DNA of 64,000 bases from an uncultured Planctomycetota bacterium (GTDB lineage: Bacteria > Planctomycetota > Planctomycetia > Isosphaerales > Isosphaeraceae), in NCBI GenBank assembly GCA_963845755.1, contig CAWJTV010000017.1, positions 9,889 through 73,888 on the forward strand. The letters run 5' to 3'. Below, in pieces: positions 42,690 through 53,569 of the stretch (positions within the stretch are counted from its first letter, which is position 1; each line of letters begins with the position of its first letter). The position numbers and the translations under genes are program-made. The notes beneath the pieces are model-generated. The model was not told the origin of the DNA, did no database searches, and saw nothing but the letters and a program-made list of their open reading frames with translations.

Positions 42690-44280
42690 ATGCCGTCCGC
42701 GACCTCAACTCGTGACGAATCCAATTCAGGCAAGATTCCACTAGGCTGGTACGGCTTCGGTCGGGATCCTGATCCTGGCCCTGGTTTTCGGACTCGTCGA
42801 ATCGGGGCGGGTCCGGGCCCAATCGCCGGACGACACGCGACCCCCCGCAGGATCAGCCAGGAAGAGCAGCCTGGTCCGCTCGGCGCGTCCCGGCTCCATC
42901 GCCGGTACGAAGCTCTCCAGAGTTCAGGCGACGCCGTCCAGAACCTCGAAAACCGTGGCGAAGCCGCCTCCCCAGTCCACCGCACTAGTACCTCCGGCGC
43001 CCGTCGCCTCCGACGCCAGGCGGTTCCGGATCCGCGACGATCTGGGGCAATGTGTCGTGGCGCGCCAGTACGGCGAATATCAGGGCAAGACGGCGCTTCT
43101 CCAGCCGGACGGCCAGATCGGCATCTGGAGCACGCTCGTCCCGACCGACAAGCCGTTCGTACCCGTGACGAGCGACGACTTGCGGAAGCGATTGCAAGCG
43201 GGCCCTTACGCCGAATACCAGGTGCTGACCACGCAGCACTACGTGATCTTCTATCAATGTAAACACACCTACGCCGAGCAAAGTGGCCGCTTGCTGGAGG
43301 ACCTGTACCGGGGCTTGATTGAAGTCTGCCTGAAGCATGAGATCCCGGTCCACGAGACGGAATTCCCCCTGGTGGCGGTGATCTTCGCGACCGAGCGCAA
43401 CTTCCGGGCCCACAAGCAGGTAGAGCCGGAGGTGCAGGCGTATTACGAGATCTTCACCAACCGGATCTTCTTCTACGAGCAGTCGGACCTCGACAAGAAC
43501 AATCCCAGGATCTCGTACCTGCGTAAGCCGCAAACCGTGGCCCATGAGGGGGCACATCAGATCCTGGCGAACATTGGGGTGCAACCCCGGCTCAGCGCGT
43601 GGCCCTTATGGCTGATCGAGGGACTGGCCGAGTATTGCGCGACGCCGGCCCACACGAAAAAAGGGCTCGTCTGGGACAAACTGGGGATGATCAACTCCTT
43701 GCACATGGCGACGCTTCGCGAACTGGCGGACCCGCTCGCGAACGAGGTCGATGTTCACGAACACGCTGCCAGACCCGTCCGCCGGGATCGCTTCCTGGTC
43801 CAGGCTGAATCCCTGGTCCCCAAAGATCGCCTGACACCCACGGACTATGCTCAGGCCTGGGCGTTGACGCACTACCTGGCCCTGAGACGCGGCGGCGACT
43901 TCGTCCGGTTCCTCAAGGCGATGAGCCAGGTGCCGCCTCTGGTGCCGCGTACGCCAAAGGACCACCTGGAAGAGTTCCGCAAGTTCTTCGGAGACGACCT
44001 GGTCAAGATCGACAAGGAAGCAGACAAGCACATCCGTAAGATCAGTATGGACAAGAGATACGACCCGCTCCTCTATTATGCGGTCATTTTCGAACAACCG
44101 CTCGGCGGCGGGATGGTCCGCCGTGCGGCCTGGATCAGCCAGTCGCCCCAGATGATCGAGCAATGGGTGGAACAGATGACTTCACCCATGGGCGGCATCC
44201 GCCAATGGCAAGCCTTCTCCTATCCGACGAAAACCCAGGCCACCGTAGCTGCCGAGCAATGGATGAGAAGCAACCAGTAA
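42690..44280 (+). CDS. DUF1570-domain putative zinc metalloprotein (frameshift near 42760)
   Basis: TVAHEGAHQILANIGV..PLWLIEGLAEY, YAQAWALTHYL; hydrophobic segment upstream of 42955 in the same frame. Confidence 0.82.
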
Positions 44281-44424
44281 TCCCGATCGCCAGCATCCGC
44301 ACGGCTCACCGATCATTCACGAGTCCACCGACCCATGTCGGACTGGTCAGATCGACCAGAACACGCTATCATTAACCGAGTCGCGGAGCGGTTTTCCCCA
44401 GAGAACTGACGAGTCATACCGCAA

Positions 44425-44497
44425 GGGGACGTAGCTCAATTGGGAGAGCGCCTGGTTTGCAACCAGGAGGTTGCCGGTTCGATCCCGGTCGTCTCCA
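44425..44497 (+). tRNA. tRNA-Ala(TGC)
   Basis: Acceptor GGGGACG/CGTCTCC with G3:U70, anticodon arm CCTGG-TTTGCAA-CCAGG, T loop GTTCGAT; CCA not encoded. Confidence 0.97.
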
Positions 44498-44612
44498 CTC
44501 ATCATAAGTCCCAGTTTTTCTTCGGCTTGCGTAGGCTGATTTGACTGGCGACACAGAATTACCCCTGGAAGAAAAACCGGTAACGAAGCCGGTAGAACCA
44601 GGGGTTACATCC

Positions 44613-45779
44613 ATGCAGCGACATCGTAAGATCCGCATTCCCTCTTACAGACTCCACAAACCGAGCGGCCAAGCCGTTGTCACGATCCGGGGCCGCGACC
44701 ATTACCTTGGTCCCTTCGGATCCGGACCGTCCCGAACCGAGTACGACCGGCTGATCGCCGAATACCTGGCCGGGCAGACGACCGGCCATGCTCACTGTGG
44801 GACGCCCGCGGATCTGACAGTCGCGGAGTTATGCTCAAGATATGTTGATCACGCCGAACAATATTACGTGAAGCGTGGTCGTCCGACCTCCGAGATCCAC
44901 ACGATCCGGAAGGCTGTTAAGACCCTTCGTACGCTGTATGAGCACACGCTGGCGGATGAGTTCGGGCCGCTGGCGCTCAAGACCTGCCGGACACAGTGGG
45001 TCGATGAGGGATTGACTCGACGCGGGGCCAACCGCCTAGCCCAGACCATCAGGGCCATCTTCAAATGGGGCACGGAGAATGAAATCGTTCGCGTGACCAC
45101 ATGGCAAGCACTCACCACGGTAGCGGGGCTGAAGCGGGGCCGAACTCCGGCACTCGATCCCGACCCGGTGCGACCCGTGCCCGAGGATCACCTCAATCGG
45201 TCACTAAATGCCGCGCACCCCATGATCCAGGCAATGATCCGCATCCAGCTCAAGTCCGGAATGAGACCGGGAGAACTGATTCTGCTCCGGGGTGCGGACA
45301 TCGATACCAGCCGCCCCGTCTGGGTCTTCACTCCTTTGACTAACAAGCTCGAGCATCAGGGACGCGAGCGGATAATCCACATCGGTCCCGAGGCCCAGGC
45401 CGAACTGAAACCCTGGCTGCGTTGCGATCCTTGGCAGTTCATTTTCGGACCACGACACCGCCGTGAGTACGATCTTCGTGACCGACTCGCGCCGCGACCA
45501 CGTACCGCTTGGGAAAAGCGAAACCGGAAGCGAAGAGTATTGCGAAGTGTCTATACGGTCAATGGGTACCTGCAGGCGATCCGACGCACCTGCGACCGGG
45601 CCGGAGTGACAAGGTGGACCCCCAACCAGTTACGCCACAACGCTGGAACGCTGTTGCGGGCCAAGTACGGGGTGGAGGCTGCACGTACCGTTCTTGGCCA
45701 CAGCAACATTGGGACGACACAGATCTACGCCGAAGCTGACCTGAATCGAGCTGCAGAGATCATTGGGGAGATCGGCTGA
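44613..45779 (+). CDS. Tyrosine recombinase/site-specific integrase
   Basis: PSYRLHKPSGQAVV..DHYLG N-terminus; GMRPGE, NQLRH, LGHS, TQIY catalytic motifs. Confidence 0.95.
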   Translation: MQRHRKIRIPSYRLHKPSGQAVVTIRGRDHYLGPFGSGPSRTEYDRLIAEYLAGQTTGHAHCGTPADLTVAELCSRYVDHAEQYYVKRGRPTSEIHTIRKAVKTLRTLYEHTLADEFGPLALKTCRTQWVDEGLTRRGANRLAQTIRAIFKWGTENEIVRVTTWQALTTVAGLKRGRTPALDPDPVRPVPEDHLNRSLNAAHPMIQAMIRIQLKSGMRPGELILLRGADIDTSRPVWVFTPLTNKLEHQGRERIIHIGPEAQAELKPWLRCDPWQFIFGPRHRREYDLRDRLAPRPRTAWEKRNRKRRVLRSVYTVNGYLQAIRRTCDRAGVTRWTPNQLRHNAGTLLRAKYGVEAARTVLGHSNIGTTQIYAEADLNRAAEIIGEIG

Positions 45780-45780
45780 C

Positions 45781-46756
45781 ATGGCCAAACGTACGGGAAA
45801 AGGGGCTAAGAAGCGTTCAGGTGGGTCACGGGCCCGAACCCGAGAGCAGGGGTTAGTGACTGCGGGCCAATCCGGCGAGACCCAGCCCGAGACAGGAGTG
45901 CAACCGCCAGTCCCTGAACTCGGAGTTCCAACGAAGAAGTTTCCGTTTCGCCCCGCAAGGCTATTGGTCCACAACCATTCGCCCTCTGATCCAGCGCCTT
46001 ACGCCGTACGCATCGACGCTCCCTATGATCAAGATGACACAGACACGGTCGCCCTTTACTTCACGCCGGAGTCTAGCGAACACCAGGATGAGAATCAAAT
46101 CGTATTGAGGCGATATGATCGAGTATTGACCGCCATTCGTACTTGGTCGGTAAATGCATGCTTAGTTGGAGGATTGCGTGAACAATATCTCCTATCGAAG
46201 GATAACATTGATGTTAAAAAATTTTCACATAGTTGTAATATCTTAGCCGCAGCTCTGGGGGAATTCCTCCCCGATGTCGAAGTCTTTAGTTTCGTGCTGG
46301 TCTCCCGCACTTGCTTGGCTACTCTCTTCGGCCAGCCACTCGAGCAGGTTCCCGAGTGGCTCATGCTCGAGATGCTCTACTGGGCTGCGTGGGGCAAGGT
46401 CAGGCGGTTACGAGGGGAGATCCTTAAGTGTATGGAAGAGATAGCCCCCGTCAAAGCTAGGTGGGAAAAAAAACTACAGGAATTCGAAAGACAACAGGAC
46501 GACCGAAAAATCATATATTGCTACTTTGAGGGAAATCGCTAAGGTTATTGAGAATAAAAAAACTCCACTTACCCAATCTCAGATCGTGACGTATTCCAAA
46601 TATAAGAACTTGGATGAGAATGCGATCAAAAGACCCTTGGCCTGGGCAGTGAAAGCACGACTCTTGAATAAGTATCGCGATCCGCGAGGCTACTACCTTC
46701 CGTACCTTGACCCAGAGCCCAATTGGAAGGCCGCGAGAAGGGGGAGTACACGATAG
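45781..46756 (+). CDS. Hypothetical lower-GC protein with probable C-terminal winged-helix domain (frameshift in an A run near 46508)
   Basis: Removing one A from GACCGAAAAATCA joins 45781-46542 to 46526-46756 (DRKSYIATLREIAKV...LAWAVKARLL...GYYL). Confidence 0.6.
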
Positions 46757-46879
46757 CTCCTCGAAATCAAGTCACGGGCTTCAAGTAATCCAGCAGTCGG
46801 GCGGCAACTTATGGCTTCCCGGTACGGTTAGAAAATGTAAATCCATCACGAGAATATGCAAAGATGGTGTGTACAACAA

Positions 46880-48320
46880 TTCCTATCTTGCTTGACCTTC
46901 TCGGCCGGCGTGTCGTCGAACGCCCGGAGCGGGCGTTGATCAGCTCGTACAACAAGGAGGGCGCATGGGGCGATTCCGGGCGTTCCACCCCGTTGAAGCC
47001 GATTTCGTCGAGGATCGTCAGGTCGAATTCGAAGTAGTAATGCAACCGACGCGGCAGGGTCTGGTCCGCCGGGGCCGCTGTCAGGTATTGCAACCCGGAT
47101 GCGATGGTCTCGTAGCGCACCCGCAAGCCCAGCACACCGGCAGGCTGGCCGATGGCCTTAATCACATGGGTCTCCGACGCCGCTCTGGACTAACCAGACC
47201 AGGTTCTGGCGACGGTGGATGAACTCGGCCCCGGCCAACGCCTTGATCCTCGGCCGATCGATCGCTGCCGCGTTGAACTGCCAATCGAAGTTGGCCAGAG
47301 TCTTGATCTTCGCGAAGTCGTCGGCGCCGATGAAATGGGCGATCCGCCGCTCGCGACGGCCGTCGGCCTGCTCGCTGATCAGCAGCCGTAAGAATTCCAG
47401 GTGCGACAGTCCTTCGCGGTCGGTGCGGCTCAAGGCCGCGTCGAACTGATCGGGCGAGAGCTGGATGCCTAGCGCCTGGAAGTGCTAGTGGGTCATTCGG
47501 CTTGCTCGTGGCCATAACGCTGTCGTTTAAACGCCGGAAAATCACGGCTTGACCCTTCGGTAGACGACTTCGGGAATGGCCACGAGCAACGCGAATGACC
47601 CACTAGCGGACCTTCGGGCAGAACTCCATCCCCTGCAGCGTCTTCTGAGATGATGTTTCGAAGCTTCATCGGGATGCGACTCCCAGTCGCGGAGTTGTTG
47701 GTAATCCGATGTCGTTCGGGGATGATCAAGTCCATGACCAGCCAGGGCGGCAGCCGTTGCTCTTCCTCGGCCAGCGACTCCAGGATGCTCTCATGCCGGG
47801 TCTGGACCGTTAGGCTGCGCGCTCCAGGACCGCGCGGGCTTACTCACCATAGCGGACCGCCCGCTCCAGGCGCCGCGATCAGGTCCTGCGGGGTGTGGAT
47901 ACCTAGCAACACCAGGACGCACTGCGCCTGGACCCTGCCGTAATGCAGCGCCTCGAGCACGCCCTCATGGAGCCGACGGCCTGGCTCGCCCAGGTTTACG
48001 AACGGCTATGCCAAGTCCGCCCGCCACGGTCCATCCTCGCCGGGCCGGTACTCCTTGAGTACGCTCCGTTCCGCCCGGACTTGCCCCGCAACAGGGCATG
48101 CCGCGAATCTCCCCGAGCAGCCGTAGGCGACCAGTTCCTCCTCAAGGAGCCGCGTCGGCAGGACACTGCCGATGTACTACCATGGCACCGAGTAGCCGTT
48201 CTGGCCGTAGGTGATGAGGCCCGCGACATCGACCGTAAGGTAGATCACCGGGGCGACGTCATAGGCGCGGTCCGGCAGCGCGATCGGATCTGTGGGAGGT
48301 GGGAGAGTTCCTCCTGATGC
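46880..48320 (-). pseudogene. Decayed IS21-family element (istB and istA fragments)
   Basis: LSHLEFLRLLISEQ..KTLANFDWQFN..QNLVWLVQSGVG, LTILDEIG, LLYELINAR in broken frames; the istA assignment upstream is weaker. Confidence 0.75.
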
Positions 48321-48463
48321 AACTGCACCGGCGTTTTGCCGATGGAGCGCACATTGTGCGCACCAACAGAGCTAAAGGGCTCACTGACCGATCCTCACCG
48401 ATCTGATCCAATCATATCTGATGCAGCCGGCAATGGTGCCACGGGCATCAGGAGAGTCCTCTC

Positions 48464-48793
48464 ATGATCGATGTCTCAACAGAGCATACATTCCCTTTAT
48501 CGAGACCGCCCAATTGGCTGGTGGGACGTACCGGGCGGCCCGTCTCCAGAACGACTTTGGAGCGATGGGCTAAGGTCGGTGTCCGGGGTGGCATCAAGCT
48601 GGAAACCTGCCTGCTTGGATACACGAGAGTTAGCAGCCTGGAGGCGGTAAATAGGTTCATGGCCTTCCTGAACGGGGGATCGCCGGCTGAAGACCACACC
48701 TTAGCTCCGACTCCGCGACCGAACCGAACGCTTCGCCAGAGACGCAAGGCGAGCGAAGAGGCTGCCCAGAAACTCCAGAGGGGCGGTTACTGA
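48464..48793 (+). CDS. DUF1580 HTH protein (excisionase/AlpA-like)
   Basis: TLERWAKVGVRGGIKLET..G..RVSSLEAVNRF; AGGAG RBS. Confidence 0.85.
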   Translation: MIDVSTEHTFPLSRPPNWLVGRTGRPVSRTTLERWAKVGVRGGIKLETCLLGYTRVSSLEAVNRFMAFLNGGSPAEDHTLAPTPRPNRTLRQRRKASEEAAQKLQRGGY

Positions 48794-48833
48794 CACTTCC
48801 TACAACCGTTTCGAGGCCTCTTTCCCCAAATCA

Positions 48834-48875
48834 TTGACGGCCGCCCCTCCCCACTAAGAGATAGGCGGCCGTCAA
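48834..48875. other. 12-bp inverted repeat downstream of DUF1580
   Basis: TTGACGGCCGCC...GGCGGCCGTCAA. Confidence 0.6.
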
Positions 48876-48893
48876 GAGTCAGGAGCTCGTCAC

Positions 48894-49214
48894 ATGACCC
48901 GATTTGCCATCCTACCGCGTCTGGTCCCACACCGCAACCCCGGATCCCGCGATACAAGCTCCTGCGGGTGTCGTCCCCGGGAGTCAGTGGCCGACCGCTT
49001 TCGTGCCCGCCAGCAGGCTGAGGCTGAGCCCGAGGACTCTAGAGAGTTGCAGAGCAAGGTCTACGATCCGACGGCGACACGATTCCTCGAACATCTCGAG
49101 CCGGCGATCGCAAGCCAATACTGGCGACGCCAGCGCCATCTCTTCGGTTGGCCGCCGGCCCGGCGTCGATCCCGCCCGGGTACCGTGGGCGTCACGACGT
49201 CCAAGTCCGCGTGA
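48894..49214 (+). CDS. Hypothetical protein
   Basis: AGGAG RBS, in the operon direction; no family recognised. Confidence 0.45.
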   Translation: MTRFAILPRLVPHRNPGSRDTSSCGCRPRESVADRFRARQQAEAEPEDSRELQSKVYDPTATRFLEHLEPAIASQYWRRQRHLFGWPPARRRSRPGTVGVTTSKSA

Positions 49215-49567
49215 TGCGACATGCACCACGCCGCCACCATGACGGCCCCCGGGCAGGTCAGAGGTGGCCCGCTGTCTTCCCGGGCCGCCCATCACCAGGC
49301 CGGCCACGCCAAGTCCGAGGCCAGCCGTCGCCGTTGGGAAGGACTCGGCCTGATCGTGCTTGCCATTGATGCGAGACTCCACCCGGGGCCGCGTCATCGG
49401 CCACCAGTGTCGCCCAACCTGCAGGAGCCTGTCGAGGGCTCACCCAGTCCAGGTCGGCATCGTGGTTGCCTTGACCTCGTACCCGACTCGTCGTCACGAC
49501 TTTTCTGACCTACATCGAATCGACGTTTGACTTACTGATTTACCTCCTGATTGGAAAGGGCTCTCCC

Positions 49568-49915
49568 ATGCGCCTCAAAGTTTCATCCGGCGCTGTGCCG
49601 CCAGGCATGTACCACGCCAAGTTCCTCGGAGTCGAGGCCGTGACCAACGATCAGTACGGTGCAGGTCTCAAGTTCACTTTCCAGGTCGTGCGTGGGCCGC
49701 ACTCCGGCCAGAAAGTGGCCCGTACGACGGGCTGCTCGCCTTCCCTGAAAAACAGCCTCGGCAGGCTCCTGAGCGGAATGCTCGGCCGCTCGTTGAGCCT
49801 GGACGAGGAGATCGACGACAATGACCTCGTCGGTCGCGAGTACATGATCGTTGTCGGCACCACCGAGAGCGGAGGATGCCGTATCGAGACCGCAACGCCG
49901 CCGCCGACCGAGTGA
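49568..49915 (+). CDS. Putative phage-type ssDNA-binding protein (DUF669-like)
   Basis: VPPGMYHAKFLGVE..LKFTFQVVRGPHSG beta-rich pattern; directly upstream of the primase. Confidence 0.6.
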   Translation: MRLKVSSGAVPPGMYHAKFLGVEAVTNDQYGAGLKFTFQVVRGPHSGQKVARTTGCSPSLKNSLGRLLSGMLGRSLSLDEEIDDNDLVGREYMIVVGTTESGGCRIETATPPPTE

Positions 49916-49927
49916 GTCGGCTTTAGT

Positions 49928-49964
49928 GGGCGGTCGGGCGATGGCAGTCGCCCGACCGCCCTTT
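49928..49964 (+). terminator. Hairpin terminator/attenuator between the SSB-like gene and the primase
   Basis: 14-bp stem GGGCGGTCGGGCGA/TCGCCCGACCGCCC plus TTT. Confidence 0.55.
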
Positions 49965-49993
49965 GCCCCCGTGTCTCACCAAGAGGGTCAGCT

Positions 49994-52551
49994 ATGAGTG
50001 TACCCGAACCGATAGCCGAGAGCCAAACGCTCTCAACCGCCCGTTCGTACGCCGAGCGCGGCTGGTCCGTCCTGCCCGTGCACACTATCCATGAGGGTCG
50101 GTGCACCTGCGGCGACGATCGATTGCGATAGCATCGGCAAGCATCCGCTGACACCCAATGGCCTGAAGGACGCCAGCGCGGACAGCCGAGACGATCGAGC
50201 GATGGTGGACCGAAGCCCCGCCCGCGAACGTCGCCATCCTAACCGGCCCCGAGTCGGGCCTGTGGGTCCTGGATCTGGATGGGCAGGCAGGTGTCGCAGC
50301 CCTGGCGGAGCTCGAGGCGGAGCATGGTCCGTTGCCGTGGACGCCGACGGCGCGAACGGGCGGAGGCGGCAAGCATCTCTACTTCGCCTTGCGGGCCGGC
50401 AACGAGATCCGGAACGCGGTCAAGATCGGCGGGAAGCCGATCGACACCCGAGGATCGGGGGGGTATGTCCTCGCGCCTCCGAGCCTGCACGCCTCCGGCA
50501 ACCAATACGAGTGGGTGATCTCGCCCGACGAGACCCAGCTGGCCGAGGCGCCCCCCTGGCTGGTGGACTGGGTAACCTAGACTCGCGTCCGGATCACGAG
50601 CGTCGGAAGCGTCACCGGGAAACGGGATCGGGAAGCTCCGCGTCCGAGCCGACGACATGGAGACCGCGCCAGGGTCGTCCGAGGGTCGACGTCACGACGA
50701 AGCCGCCCGACTGGTCGGGGCGGCCCTTGCCCACGGCTTGCCCGCCGACGTCATCGAGGAACAGGCCGTCGAATGGGGTGGCCGTTGCACGCCGCCGCTC
50801 CCGGGGCTGGAGATTCGGCGGATCGTCCGGGACCTGGCCAAGAAGCATGCCGCCAGGGAGGCCGGGCCGGCCCGACATGTTGTCGCGAAGATCGACTGGG
50901 AGCCTCCGCTTCCCCTCGACGAGTGCGCAGCGTCCGGGTTTTCCGACCTGGGCCCTGACGGACTGGCTCCGGGATTTCGTCGAGGCGGAAGCTGAGGCGA
51001 CGCAGACCCCGCCCGACCTGGCCGGCATGCTCGTCCTTGCCGTCCTTTCCGTGACGTCCGCTCGAATCGTGGTGGTACGCATCAACGACGGGTACAGCGA
51101 GCCTCTCAACCTGTACATCGTGGTCGCTCTCCCTCCGGCCAACCGCAAGTCACCGGTCTTCCGCGATTGCACTGCCCCCATCTCCGAGTTCGAACGCGAG
51201 CAGGTCAAGTCCCTCACGCCGCAGATCGCCGAGGCCAGCACCCGACTGGCGATCAACGAGGTACGGCTCGCCAAGGCCCAATCCGATGCCGCCAAGGCAG
51301 ACGCCCAGAACCAGGAGACGCTGATGCAGCAGGCCGTCGAGCTCGCCAGGGAGATCGCGGAAACGAGAGTACCCAAACCCCCACGCCTCCTGGCCCAGGA
51401 TGCCACGGCCGAGAAGGTCAAGAGCTTATTACATGAGTATGTGGGACGCATTGCGATGATGGGCGCCGAAGGGGACCTGTTCGACACCATGGCCGGACGA
51501 TACGGCAACCGCGGTAGCGCGAATTTCGGCGTCTACCTGGATGCCCATAGCGGCGATGATATCCGCGTGGATCGCGTCGGCCGGCCCACCGAGTACGTCC
51601 GGAATCCTGCGCTGACCCTCGGACTCACCGTCCAGCCCGAGGTGATCCACGGCCTCTCCGAGAAGCCGGGATTCCGAGGATTGGGACTTCTGGCCCGGCT
51701 CCTTATCGTGATCGCGGAGAGTCTGGTCGGCCGCCGGAAGTCGAACCCTCCTCCCGTCCCGCCCAAGGTCCGGGACACCTACGCCCAGAATGTGCATTCC
51801 CTTCTGGAGTTGCGCCCCGAACAGGCGAGTTGCTCCGAGTACGACCCGCACGAGTTGCGGCTCTCGCCGGAGGCCGAGCGGCTGCGGCTGGATTTCGCGG
51901 ATTGGCTCGAGCCTCAGCTCGCGCCGACCGGCGAGTTGGGGCACATCGCCGACTGGGCGGGCAAGCTGGCCGGCCAGGTGCTCCGGATTGCCGGCAACCT
52001 GCACCTGGCCGACCACGCCGGTCACCCGGCACCGTGGGATCTGCAGGTCGCGGGGGAGACCCTGGAGCGGGCGATCGCGATCGGTCACTACCTGATCGCC
52101 CACGCCCGGGCGGCCTTCGCCCTGATGGGCGCCGATCCGGTCATCTCGGATGCCCGCCACATCCAGTCCTGGATCCTCCGCACCGGGATGGACTCGTTCA
52201 CCCGGCGCGACCTCTTCGAGGCCACCAAAGGACGGTTCAAGGAGGTACGCCGCCCTGGAACTGCCCCTGGACTGCCTGATCCGCCACGGATACCTCCGGG
52301 AACGCCCGGAGGATTCTCGATCGGGCCCTGGCCGGAGGCCCTCAACAACCTACGACGTGAACCCCCTGGCCCGATCGCAGAATTCGCAGTATTCGCACAA
52401 TCTGGCGGGGAGGCCCGGCGACGGGCTGTCCGACCAGGTTTCAGCGAGTAGTGCGAATAGTGCGACGGGGTCGGCGTGCGAGGGTCGGCCGCCCTCGCCC
52501 TCGCCCTTGCCCTCGGTCGTCCAAGATGAGTTCGAAGAGGGCGTTCTCTGA
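49994..52551 (+). CDS. Bifunctional primase/polymerase (Prim-Pol) + PriCT-like + DUF3987 (YfjI) helicase-like protein, several frameshifts
   Basis: YAERGWSVLPV, GKHP, NVAILTG..VLDLD, TGGGGKHLYF, DTRGSGGYVLAPPS; GRRHD..CTPPL; EPLNLYIVVALPPANRKS, IRVDRVGR, GLLARL. Confidence 0.85.
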
Positions 52552-53569
52552 TCGCCCTCACGACGGTTACCAACCATCGCCTCGCCGCACTTCTCCTCCA
52601 TGTTCGACATCCGCTCGGCGGGACTTGGGGCCGGTCCCGGCAACCCATCCTCGCCGCGGTGTCGAGATGGTGGTCATCGGTGTGGTCGCTGATCGAGACA
52701 CCGTCGCACTATTCGCAGAATTGGCGGATCGGGATCAGGTCGAGTTCGGAGAGCCATTCTGCGAATTGTGCGAATTGTGCGCAGGGGTCTTCACGTGCAC
52801 GACCAAGGAGGGCCCCCTCCTCGCGCGTCGCCTTGAGGATGCGTGCGATTGCGGCGATTCCGCCTGGGCTCAGGTCAATCTCGATTGGCCGGATCACGAG
52901 ATTCGGAATGATCGTGGTCTACGAACTTGCTCTATCTTAGGAGGATATTCCTATTAATAATATCATTCATGATATTATTAATCCCTTAATTCCCACTCAG
53001 GGCCCGCTCGAGTCGCCCGCGGAGTCGCTCCTGGAGCAGCTCCGCGAGCTTGGGATCGACGTGAAGGCCGAGGGAGGGAACCTTCGCTTCCGTGCCCCGA
53101 AGGACGCCCTGACGATCGGGCTGAAGCAGCAGATCGTCGAGCACAAGTCCGAGGTCCTCGCGCTCCTCGGCCGCGGTGATGGACCTTCAGGGGCAACACG
53201 AAGTGCAGGTCCCGGATCGGAACCGTTGCCCGAGAAGGCGGACCGGGCGGTTGATCGTCCACGAGACCGATCCGATCCCACCGGGCCCGGCGAGGCTGTC
53301 CCGATTTCCGGAGTGATGGGACATTCGCAGAATTCGCAGAATGGGGCCGAGGCCAGGACCGCGGTCCGGTCCGAGGCCGGCGAAGGCCCCCTCATTCCGA
53401 TTAGCTCAGGCCCTTCGCAGAATTCGCAGAATTCGCAGAATCTTGGGGCATCGAGCCCGACGGTCGATTCTGCGAATTGTGCGAATACTGCGAACGGGTC
53501 GCCCGCCCCTCAGGACCGGGTTGGGCCATGGCCTACCGCCCTTTTTGCGAATTGTGCGAATAATGCAAA
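52374..53569. repeat. Iteron cluster 1: inverted triple 9-mers (TTCGCAGAA)
   Basis: Arms at 52374/52439, 52703/52756, and nested 53323, 53414 / 53467, 53542. Confidence 0.9.
52953..52982. other. AT-rich perfect 14-bp inverted repeat
   Basis: ATTAATAATATCAT-TC-ATGATATTATTAAT. Confidence 0.85.
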
